A stretch of DNA of 46,171 nt from an uncultured Chlamydiae bacterium (GCA_937899275.1 CALBPE010000095.1:1-46171), one strand, 5' to 3'. Positions 10,130-18,355 are shown, counted from the first letter of the stretch. Notes: a model not told the origin generated them from the sequence alone. A program made the numbers and translations.

Positions 10130-10573
10130 AGGGACTTATATTTGATAATATGAATACTCATTGTAGCATAGATCATGAAAGCCAGTAAGAGAAATTTTTG
10201 ACATTTTTTTTCTACCTTATCTAAAGTAGATTTGTAAAAAGAATAAGGTGCATCTTATGAGTGTTACACCTCCTGACTTTTCAATTATGATATGTACGTT
10301 TCTTGTTTGTTGTTGGTTGAGATCATATCTATAAAAAGCGAATGACTCCATTTAAATGCCCACAGCTCAATAGAACATTTTTTAGGAAGCTGATAGAAAA
10401 ATAGTTGCCATTTGTGGATGCAAAGCTTTATATCGAGCGGATATTTTCAAACGCTTTGGAGATACAGTTAAAGCTTCTAAACAAAAAAATTGCAGCAGCA
10501 TGTACTTAGGTCTCTTTTTGCCGTACACGCAGCTGGAAATGTTTCCATAGAGCTGAGGCTGATGAAAGATTAC

Positions 10574-10603
10574 TTGCTATTTAACGCGATGAATCAGTAA
10601 AAT
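10574..10603 (+). promoter_or_regulatory. Putative promoter of tRNA-Asn
   Basis: TTGCTA-18 nt-TAAAAT ending 13 nt before the tRNA. Confidence 0.4.
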
Positions 10604-10616
10604 CGGTATAAAATAT

Positions 10617-10688
10617 TCCGGGTTAGCTCAGCGGTAGAGCAGTGGACTGTTAATCCATTGGTCGCAAGTTCGAATCTTGCACCCGGAG
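10617..10688 (+). tRNA. tRNA-Asn(GTT), CCA not encoded
   Basis: Acceptor TCCGGGT/ACCCGGA, D-arm GCTC/GAGC, anticodon arm GTGGA-CTGTTAA-TCCAT, T-arm GCAAG-TTCGAAT-CTTGC. Confidence 0.97.
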
Positions 10689-10694
10689 ATTTAT

Positions 10695-10970
10695 TCATCG
10701 ATATGACGCCGCAAAGATCGTAGACAACGGTTTTACTGGTGCTACCAGCAATTTTTCCATCTCAATTTTACTCTCGAAAAGACGAAATTCAGAAGTTCCT
10801 GTTTTTCCTTTAATTTCGAACTCATAAAAATTTCCTTAGCACGTTTAGCCAAATCCAGGACCGTTTTTGCTGTGATGAGATACTTCGTCCCCGTTGATAT
10901 GCTCCCTCATTTGATTCGTAATGCTACGCTGCCGTGCTTTGAATGACTTTTAAATGTCCGTTGTGATCAT
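10695..10970 (-). pseudogene. C-terminal remnant of a large serine recombinase/integrase
   Basis: Manual translation: ITTDI*KSFKARQRSITNQMREHINGDE / YLITAKTVLDLAKRAKEIFMSSKLKEKQELLNFVFSRVKL / EKLLVAPVKPLSTIF; one stop and two frameshifts; resembles recalled recombinase-family C-termini. Confidence 0.65.
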
Positions 10971-11560
10971 GTCGTGTAAGCCAATAGGTAAGGAGTTATT
11001 TTGACCCTAAGGATTTTTGCATATTTTTGTAGTTTTTTCAAATCGGGTTTGTGGTTTTTATCACGCAAATAACGCCGCAATGCTTTAATGGCAATTTCGT
11101 GGCTAAGATACCGGAAAGCGTCAACTACGCAACGCTCTTTGTCAAAGATTTTTACCTTATACTCTCCCAACATCATCTCTGTCTTGCCTAAATCAATATT
11201 ACGCATTCTTATAATGCGGCTATCAGGTCGTTTTGATGCATAGGCGCGATTGGGAATCGCAATCCAAACTTCTCTCATCACTTGATCTGTCAAGTTATAG
11301 ATGCAGAGTGCTGAAATCAGACAGATCACTCCTTCTCGGATCGAAGTTGTTGCCCATGCAACATGTTCCAAAGGAAAAGCGACTTTCTGTTCATAATCCA
11401 CTGAACGATAGGCGCCTGGGTAAAGGCGTTCAAGGACACCTATTTTGACAAAATAGGCAAGAGCATGCCTGGGAATGCCCTTGGATTCTGCATCTTTTAC
11501 CGTAAATAAGGGAACCTCTAGGAAAGGTCTCAAAATGTGAAAATATTTTGACTGTCTCAT
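10967..11560 (-). CDS. Type IV toxin-antitoxin AbiEi-family antitoxin
   Basis: N-terminal wHTH (FTVKDAESKGIPRHAL..LERLYPGAY), VICLISAL..YNLTD, IFDKERCVVDAFRY. Confidence 0.85.
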   Translation of the reverse strand: MRQSKYFHILRPFLEVPLFTVKDAESKGIPRHALAYFVKIGVLERLYPGAYRSVDYEQKVAFPLEHVAWATTSIREGVICLISALCIYNLTDQVMREVWIAIPNRAYASKRPDSRIIRMRNIDLGKTEMMLGEYKVKIFDKERCVVDAFRYLSHEIAIKALRRYLRDKNHKPDLKKLQKYAKILRVKITPYLLAYTT

Positions 11561-11566
11561 ACTTGA

Positions 11567-11613
11567 ATTCTACAAATCCTACTCATTCAGGTCAATTGAG
11601 TTGATTTTGTAGA
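11567..11613 (-). promoter_or_regulatory. AbiEi promoter overlapped by a 17-bp imperfect inverted repeat (operator)
   Basis: Minus strand TTGACC(11595-11590)-17 nt-TAGAAT(11572-11567), 6 nt before ATG; IR arms 11569-11585 and 11597-11613 match 14/17. Confidence 0.7.
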
Positions 11614-11860
11614 CTGAGCTACCAGAAGTAGAAAGGGAGCAAATTGAAACTTCTTTGGAGAAGCTTGCCCAGTCAACAGTTCGAAGTGTGTCCAGTATCT
11701 GGAGATTTGCTGTTTCCTGTTTAGATTCATATACCCATTTAAAAAATCTCATTGGAAACTGACTACTTTTTGTTTGATTGGGAATGTTAAAAAGATAATA
11801 AATTTAAAATATTTTTTAACTATTTTAAATAAAGGAATATTATTTTATAATATTTATTAA

Positions 11861-13285
11861 ATGGGAGTTTTTGTGATTGTATCTAATAGCAGATTTAATC
11901 TGCCTTATTTTCATACGAAAAAAAACCTTTCCGATCTGAACAACAACTATATTAGCCGGTTAAAGGGAAAATGGTCTAATCTTGGATTGCAAGATCAATG
12001 GTTTAATGATGATCTTAAAGGAGCTACAACTTTACTGGTTACTCGTTTGATCTTTCCTATTTTAGGTTTTCAAAAAACGCGAGATGTTCTGGATAGTGAA
12101 ATCCGATTTAATCATGAAAAAAACGGCATCGAGATACGGATGCAGGGTAAATTTGTTCTGGTTAAAGAGAAAATTTCCAATCAGTTTATCTTTTCCAAAG
12201 AAGGAGGAGGTACAATTCAACATGCTATAACCAAGAAAAATTGGACTTATTTAGGAACAAATGGTCTTTTGCCTGTTGATCGTTGGACCCATCGTGAATT
12301 TTTGCCTGTAGTGCAGTTGAACTCTACTCAACTTCTACGATTGAGAGAGCATACAAACAAAAGCTCAATCGATAATTGCTTTATTCAGATTGTGACTGTG
12401 CCACGAAATGTATGGAGCAGTCCCAATAGTTACCTGACTGGCTTGAAGCAAAACTACAAAAAAAATGTGCCGTTGCATGCCTATGTTCGTTTAATTGATA
12501 AAGACGGTTTTGTGTATAGCACAGGGTTTGGATCAACAGATGAACAAGATCAGCTGCAAAATGAAATGGGCTATTTTTCAACGATTAATGGAATGCCGAC
12601 TATACTCGATTATGAAGAGTTTAGGCCTCATAAAGGACGCGTTACAACTACTTATCCTATTTCATTAGATAGATTTAATCAGACATTAAACAAGATTAGA
12701 GAAGATCGACGTAGTACTATTCGATTTAATATTCAGATTCAAAATTGCAATACTTTAGCAATAAAGTATTTAAAAACAGCAGGGGTGGACTTCCCTTCTA
12801 TAAATATGAGTCTAAGAGATATTATTTATGAGACTTTGCCTGATGTATTGCAGTTTAGAAAAAGTAGAGAGATATTCAACAAATATACTCCTCAGCTTGT
12901 AAAACTGCTGGTGAATGGGATTTACACGATACTTAGGACTTTAATAGAGTATTTAATAAGTATTTTGATTTTAAATCCTTTGTTCATTCTATATGGGATA
13001 AACAGATCGTCAAAGTTGACTGATCGTAAATCTTCAGAAGATCTGTTGATCGCTGCAAAACGCAAAATACACCTTTTTTCTAATGCCTTTGATTTGCAGG
13101 TGGACTTTTCATTGAAGACAATCGAACGACAGCTTAGTCATTCTGATGACAATGGAGTCACATGGGTTCATAGTTATAATGGGCCTAATCTGTCTATTGT
13201 TCCTAATCAAACGAATCAAGTAGCTGATCGCGCTCTACTTCATCAGTTGCAATCGATTTATTCTTTAAAAAACATGGTCCTTTAG
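11861..13285 (+). CDS. Hypothetical protein with putative permuted papain-like (His...NC) domain and hydrophobic segment
   Basis: 474-aa AT-rich ORF; PLHAYVRL (H206) and FNIQIQNCNTL (C296); hydrophobic LLVNGIYTILRTLIEYLISILILNPLFILYGI. Confidence 0.7.
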   Translation: MGVFVIVSNSRFNLPYFHTKKNLSDLNNNYISRLKGKWSNLGLQDQWFNDDLKGATTLLVTRLIFPILGFQKTRDVLDSEIRFNHEKNGIEIRMQGKFVLVKEKISNQFIFSKEGGGTIQHAITKKNWTYLGTNGLLPVDRWTHREFLPVVQLNSTQLLRLREHTNKSSIDNCFIQIVTVPRNVWSSPNSYLTGLKQNYKKNVPLHAYVRLIDKDGFVYSTGFGSTDEQDQLQNEMGYFSTINGMPTILDYEEFRPHKGRVTTTYPISLDRFNQTLNKIREDRRSTIRFNIQIQNCNTLAIKYLKTAGVDFPSINMSLRDIIYETLPDVLQFRKSREIFNKYTPQLVKLLVNGIYTILRTLIEYLISILILNPLFILYGINRSSKLTDRKSSEDLLIAAKRKIHLFSNAFDLQVDFSLKTIERQLSHSDDNGVTWVHSYNGPNLSIVPNQTNQVADRALLHQLQSIYSLKNMVL

Positions 13286-13408
13286 TCACGTGATATAAGA
13301 CCCTTGTAGATTTAATAATGGAAGGGTAATTCGTTCGAATGATCTTTTGAAAAAACTTTTTGCAGTTGGCTTTACAATAGACGCATTAAAAAACTGAAAG
13401 CATATTCA

Positions 13409-13615
13409 TTAAGTGTGTATTTCAATGCAAACCGAAGCCAAAAAAGAAGGGGGGTATGTTTTTAAGGTTGTATCTTCCACATCAATAACAATTGAGCCCC
13501 CAACACCGTTTGCAAATGCTATACAGGTCTTAATTAATGCTTCAAATTTTGGAAGTGCTGATTTGAGTTCTATTGTTTTAGATTCCCTTTCCTCAAAAAA
13601 TTGTTTTTTGCGCAT
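13409..13615 (-). pseudogene. Truncated AlbA_2 (Schlafen-like) domain protein
   Basis: ESKTIELKS...CIAFANGVGGSIVIDVED motif; similarity ends after ~50 aa. Confidence 0.75.
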
Positions 13616-13800
13616 AATTGCACCAACCTTATCATAATTGCACCAATTGCACCAAATCTATAATGATTCAGATTAGATCGATGATTTAAAATGGGAGGAG
13701 TTTTTTTCTAAGTAATTGGTAATTAACTGTTTTCTGGTTATTTTTTTGTTGAGAAGAGGCTTTAGTCTATAGGTGGTTTTTTCGCTTATAATTGCACCAA
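13613..13800. repeat. ATAATTGCACCAA direct repeats
   Basis: Copies at 13614-13626, 13634-13646, partial 13645-13655 and 13788-13800. Confidence 0.85.
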
Positions 13801-13932
13801 GAGCATACGATCTATCTTGGTTAGTCTTTACGTTGTCCCATTGATAAAAATTTATTGATAAAATGTGCATGTAAACCTATGATGCAAAGCTATTTTTATC
13901 AAAAAGATTTTTACCATACTACAGGGTCTACT

Positions 13933-14724
13933 ATGAAAAAATATCTACGCTTGTTGCTTGTTTTTGTCACACCTTCTTTGTTTTCTGCAGAAGTGCCGAT
14001 GATTTATTCTTTAAAGCTGGGATCTTCTGAAACCCAAGAAGAAGCGCTTTTTGTGCAGCATGCAAAAAACAGCTTTGCAAAGGCTTTGCAGCATACCTCG
14101 CGCCTTTCAAATCAAGACTTCATGAACACGCAGGCTGCGGCAGATTGGCGGGGCTCGGTGATCAAAAATGGACGCAAAAGTTCATTAAAAGATTTAACCG
14201 AATTTAGAGAGTACCACTTGCTGAATAACCTCTGCTCTTTACCAGGCTCATCTCATTTACACGTAGGTCTTCTTGGGGGAGACTCATTTGTAGCTGCTTT
14301 ATATGGCAATGAACTATCCCTTGTGCAAAAGGTGGGGCTCGATTGGTTTAAGGAGTGTACTGAAGAGCTTTTTTATAGAAACTGTTATACTTTTTTACCT
14401 CAAGATAGTTTTCGGATTATTAAAAGCGCTTGTTTTTCAATTAACAAAAATATATTTACTCACCCGATCAACATCTATTTTTACGACGCAGATCATACAG
14501 AGGAAAGCAACCGAAAAGCTTTTACTGAATACAACGATCTTTTTGCTAATGTATTTATCGCGGTATTTGATGACTGGAACTGGGACTTTGTAAGACGCGG
14601 CGCATTTCGGGGGTTTGATGAATTAGGTTATACCATTTTGTACCAAAATGTATTGGACGGAGGAAAAGAGCCTTTGCGTAAATTGCAATATGTGGCGGTT
14701 ATTCGAAAAGATCGATGGAGATAA
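13933..14724 (+). CDS. Class I SAM-dependent methyltransferase-like protein with signal peptide
   Basis: IYFYDADH...VFDDWNW motifs; MKKYLRLLLVFVTPSLFSA signal-like start at ATG 13933. Confidence 0.7.
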   Translation: MKKYLRLLLVFVTPSLFSAEVPMIYSLKLGSSETQEEALFVQHAKNSFAKALQHTSRLSNQDFMNTQAAADWRGSVIKNGRKSSLKDLTEFREYHLLNNLCSLPGSSHLHVGLLGGDSFVAALYGNELSLVQKVGLDWFKECTEELFYRNCYTFLPQDSFRIIKSACFSINKNIFTHPINIYFYDADHTEESNRKAFTEYNDLFANVFIAVFDDWNWDFVRRGAFRGFDELGYTILYQNVLDGGKEPLRKLQYVAVIRKDRWR

Positions 14725-14738
14725 ATTAGGTGTTTTTG

Positions 14739-15830
14739 ATGAAGAATATTTTTTTGCGCTCTATTTTCTTCCTCTTTTTTTGTGGCAATGTCTATGCAAG
14801 TTCTTGGGAACTCGGTCCATTTACTAGGGTGGATGCAAACAGACCTATTTTAAAAAGCGATCCTTTTTCTTCGTTTTTTTGCCCTATGCTGCAAAAAAAC
14901 GTTTTTTGGGAAAGTGGTCATGTGTTTAATCCTGGAGCTGCTTTATACCGCAATCAAGTTGTAGTGATATATAGAGCCGAAGATAACTGCGGCTCAGGTT
15001 TAGGCAATCATACATCTCGGTTAGGGTTTGCTATCAGTGAAGATGGCGTGCATTTTACAAAAAATAGAGCGCCTACTTTTTTCCCTCAAGAAGATGCAGA
15101 AGCTGACTACGAGCATTTAGGCGGATGTGAAGATCCTCGTATTGTACAAAGAGAAGATGGTCTTTATGTGATGACATATACCCAGTGGAACCGGCAAATT
15201 GCTGTACTTGCTGTTGCAAGTTCTAATAATTTGAAAGATTGGAAAAAGCATGGGTATGCATTTTCTCAATCGATGCGTAAAAAATGGTCGAAAGCAGGAG
15301 CCATTGTTTGTAGAGCAACAAAAGACGGATTAATAGCTGCAAAAATCCATGGTAAATACTGGATGTATTGGGGAGAGGGGACTGTTTATGCAGCGACTTC
15401 AGAAGATTTAATTCATTGGACCCCTATTTTTGATCAGGACCGAAGATTACTACCCATCTTAGAACCAAGAGCATCGCATTTTGATAGCCTTTTAGTAGAA
15501 CCTGGCCCGCCAGCTATTTTGCAAAAAGATGGAATTCTTTTATTATATAACGGAAAAAATTCAGGGATTAGAGGGGATAAAAGGATGCCAAAGTGGGTGT
15601 ATTCTCCAGGTCAGGTTTTATTTAATAAGCAAAAACCAACGCAAGTGCTGCAAAGAGCCTCAGACTGTTTTTTAACACCTGAAACGTCCTACGAAAGAAG
15701 CGGCCAGTATGGTGCGGGAGCCATCTTTGTGCAAGGATTAGTGCCCTATCAAGGATCATGGTATCTATATTACGGCGCAGCTGATTCAGGGATTGGCGTT
15801 GCTACTTGCCCTATTGATGAGATGGAATAA
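14739..15830 (+). CDS. GH130 family glycoside hydrolase (beta-mannosidase-like) with signal peptide
   Basis: VFNPGA, YRAED, GGCEDPRI, VEPGPP and YYGAAD motifs; MKNIFLRSIFFLFFCGNVYA signal. Confidence 0.88.
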   Translation: MKNIFLRSIFFLFFCGNVYASSWELGPFTRVDANRPILKSDPFSSFFCPMLQKNVFWESGHVFNPGAALYRNQVVVIYRAEDNCGSGLGNHTSRLGFAISEDGVHFTKNRAPTFFPQEDAEADYEHLGGCEDPRIVQREDGLYVMTYTQWNRQIAVLAVASSNNLKDWKKHGYAFSQSMRKKWSKAGAIVCRATKDGLIAAKIHGKYWMYWGEGTVYAATSEDLIHWTPIFDQDRRLLPILEPRASHFDSLLVEPGPPAILQKDGILLLYNGKNSGIRGDKRMPKWVYSPGQVLFNKQKPTQVLQRASDCFLTPETSYERSGQYGAGAIFVQGLVPYQGSWYLYYGAADSGIGVATCPIDEME

Positions 15831-15834
15831 TAGT

Positions 15835-16857
15835 ATGGTTTTACTTCGCTTGATTTTTGCTTTTCTTATTCCTTTATCTTGTTTAATGACAGATCAGGTA
15901 GCTGATGTGGATCTTACAACAGATATCATCATCGACACAAAGCAAATTGGATTTGAAGAATATCCCGATGCATTTAACCCATCGATTTTAAGGGTAGATG
16001 AGGGGTTTTTGTTGAGCTTTCGTTTTTGTCCCGATATCAAAAACAATCCCTATTATTGCCGGATAGGTCTTGCTTTACTCGATGAAAATTTAGAGACAAT
16101 TATTGAGCCTCATCTTATTAACACCCGATTGTATACACACCAGGTACAATCGCAATCAGAAGATGCTAAGTTATTTCGGTACCAAGATCGTATTTTTCTG
16201 ATTTATCATGATAACGACAAGGAAACAAGCCCAACGATTAAACAAAGAAGGGATATGTTTATTGTAGAAGTGTTTCTGCATGAGGGAAAATACCTAGCAG
16301 GTCCTCCTTTAAAACTGCGAGCGGTGCACCATTATTCTACGCAATTTTGGCAAAAAAATTGGTCTGCCTTTACCTTTGATGATCAGCTTCTGATTTCCTA
16401 TACGATCAATCCGCATGAAATCTTGACGTTAGATTTTGCAACAGGCGACTGTAGTTATTACTGCTCTTCTTACTGCCCAATTAACTGGATCTATGGAAAG
16501 CTTCGAGGAAGCTCTAATCCCCAGCTAATCAATGGAGAGTATTTTGGTTTTTTCCATTCGGGACGAGTGGTCGCTTCAAATGCATCTGCAGGGCTCAATA
16601 TGTGGCATTATTTTTTTGGCGCCTATACATTTTCTGCAGAGCCTCCCTTTGCTTTAACGAAAATATCTCCCTCTCCTATTTTAGCAGAAGGTTTTTATAC
16701 CGACTCTGAAAGGGAAAAGCGGGTAATCTTTCCTGGAGGCTTTGAAATAAGCGGAGATACGGTCTATTTAGCCTATGGTAAAGATGATGCAGAAATATGG
16801 ATTGCTACCCTTAATTTTTCTAGGCTGTATGCATCTTTGATTTCGTTAGAGCCCTAG
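15835..16857 (+). CDS. Five-bladed beta-propeller glycosidase/glycosyltransferase-like protein with signal peptide
   Basis: AFNPSI, SEDAKL, QKNWS, LRGSS, VIFPGG and YGKDD motifs; hydrophobic N-terminus. Confidence 0.7.
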   Translation: MVLLRLIFAFLIPLSCLMTDQVADVDLTTDIIIDTKQIGFEEYPDAFNPSILRVDEGFLLSFRFCPDIKNNPYYCRIGLALLDENLETIIEPHLINTRLYTHQVQSQSEDAKLFRYQDRIFLIYHDNDKETSPTIKQRRDMFIVEVFLHEGKYLAGPPLKLRAVHHYSTQFWQKNWSAFTFDDQLLISYTINPHEILTLDFATGDCSYYCSSYCPINWIYGKLRGSSNPQLINGEYFGFFHSGRVVASNASAGLNMWHYFFGAYTFSAEPPFALTKISPSPILAEGFYTDSEREKRVIFPGGFEISGDTVYLAYGKDDAEIWIATLNFSRLYASLISLEP

Positions 16858-16919
16858 CTTCTTTTTTCCTACAATTGCTCGAAAAGTATTTATTTGCTTA
16901 GGTTGATTCTTATTCAGGG

Positions 16920-18068
16920 ATGTATATGAAGAAAATTGTCATTGCAAAAGAATCTTTGCCTCAAGAAACCCGCATCGCGATTACCCCCGATCTGGTGCAA
17001 AAATATGTCCATTTGGGCTTTGAAGTGTATGTAGAGTCTTCTTTAGGAAAACATCTAGCATATGAAGATCAAGATTTTCAGGATGTAGGAGCCAAGATTT
17101 TTACTGATAAACCCTCTATTTTGAAGCAGGGAGACATCCATCTTCGAGTCAATACAAGCTCTTTAGAAGAGATCCTTTTGATGAAAAAAGGGGCGATTCA
17201 TATTAGTTTTTACGATGCGTATCAAGACGCCCCTTCTACAGAATTATTTCTAAAACAAGGTATTACTGCCATTAGCCTGCAGATGATTCCGAGGACTACT
17301 TTGGCGCAGAAAATGGACGCTCTATCCTCGCAGGCAAGCATCGCAGGTTATGCAGCGGTTTTACTTGCAGCCAATCATCACTCTACTCTTCTTCCGATGA
17401 TGACAACACCTGCAGGAACTATTCGCCCTGCTAGCGTTTTTGTGATTGGCGTCGGCGTCGCAGGGCTACAAGCAATTGCAACGGCAAAACGGCTCGGCGC
17501 TAAGGTATCTGCTTTTGATACCCGCCCTGTAGTTGAAGAACAGGTAAAGTCTCTAGGCGCGAAATTCATTAAAGTGGATTTAGGTGAAACAGCAGAAACA
17601 AAAAATGGCTATGCAGTTGCTTTAACTGAAAAACAGTTGGAAAAACAGCGTCAAGAAATGGCCCGCGTTGCTGCCACATCAGACATCATCATCACAACAG
17701 CTGCTTTGGTAGGAAGAAAAGCGCCTATCATCCTTACAAAAGATCTACTCAGTCAGATGAAAAAAGCTCCTCAACCTGTTATTGTGGATATGGCGGTAGA
17801 AAGCGGGGGTAATGTTGAAGGAAGCGCGCTTGGTGAAACGGTGGATATTCATGGTGTAAAGGTGATTGGCCCCCAGAATTTACCCGGCTTTTTTGCCCAT
17901 GATGCAACGGCTATGTACTCCAGAAATCTCTATGAGCTTTTAGCGCATTTCTGCAAGGAAAAGAGCTTTTTTCTTTCCTTGGACGATCCCATTTTGTCTT
18001 CCTCTGTTGTCACGCATGCAGGAGATATTATTCATAACACCATTTCAGAGCTACAAGGAGTCTCCTAA
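16920..18068 (+). CDS. pntAA: NAD(P) transhydrogenase subunit alpha part 1 (dI)
   Basis: ETRIAITP, RTTLAQKMDALSSQ, GVGVAGLQA, GGNVE. Confidence 0.95.
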   Translation: MYMKKIVIAKESLPQETRIAITPDLVQKYVHLGFEVYVESSLGKHLAYEDQDFQDVGAKIFTDKPSILKQGDIHLRVNTSSLEEILLMKKGAIHISFYDAYQDAPSTELFLKQGITAISLQMIPRTTLAQKMDALSSQASIAGYAAVLLAANHHSTLLPMMTTPAGTIRPASVFVIGVGVAGLQAIATAKRLGAKVSAFDTRPVVEEQVKSLGAKFIKVDLGETAETKNGYAVALTEKQLEKQRQEMARVAATSDIIITTAALVGRKAPIILTKDLLSQMKKAPQPVIVDMAVESGGNVEGSALGETVDIHGVKVIGPQNLPGFFAHDATAMYSRNLYELLAHFCKEKSFFLSLDDPILSSSVVTHAGDIIHNTISELQGVS

Positions 18069-18346
18069 TGGATACGGCATTTTTACTCATATTTCTTTTG
18101 ATGTTAGCCTCTTTTCTCGGCTTTGAATTGATCGCTAAAGTGCCTTCTACTTTACACACTCCTTTAATGTCAGGCGCAAATGCTGTTTCTGGAATTACCC
18201 TTCTGGGCGCGATGATGGCATCGGGTATGGAATCCACTTTTTTTGCTAAATCTTTAGGCCTCTTGGCGGTAATTTTTGCCACAATCAATATTGTGGGCGG
18301 CTATCTGGTAACCCATCGTATGCTGGGTATGTTCAAAAAAAAATAG
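18068..18346 (+). CDS. pntAB: NAD(P) transhydrogenase subunit alpha part 2 (membrane)
   Basis: LHTPLMSGANAVSG, NIVGGYLVTHRML. Confidence 0.95.
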   Translation: MDTAFLLIFLLMLASFLGFELIAKVPSTLHTPLMSGANAVSGITLLGAMMASGMESTFFAKSLGLLAVIFATINIVGGYLVTHRMLGMFKKK

Positions 18347-18355
18347 GACCTATAC

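Larger units (their letters stand above)
10685..11708. mobile_element. Collapsed tRNA-Asn-integrated element (~1.0 kb) bounded by GGAGATTT direct repeats (attL/attR-like)
   Basis: GGAGATTT at 10685-10692 and 11701-11708, each preceded by AGTTCGAA (10 and 15 nt away); encloses an integrase remnant and AbiEi. Confidence 0.65.

Noticed and set aside
10700..10970. AbiEii toxin expected downstream of AbiEi
   Set aside because: No KGG nucleotidyltransferase motif in any frame; translation fits a recombinase C-terminus
13333..13365. GTTCGAA as a possible second attR
   Set aside because: Not followed by the GGAGATTT core at 10 or 15 nt
13613..13800. Repeats as a CRISPR array
   Set aside because: Only 13-14 bp, irregular spacing, no cas genes
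13673..13870. 65-aa minus-strand ORF
   Set aside because: AT-rich regulatory region containing the repeat box; no SD or motif
18060..18075. pntA frameshift or pseudogene
   Set aside because: Clean stop/start overlap with AAGGAG SD; the split alpha is a known natural architecture
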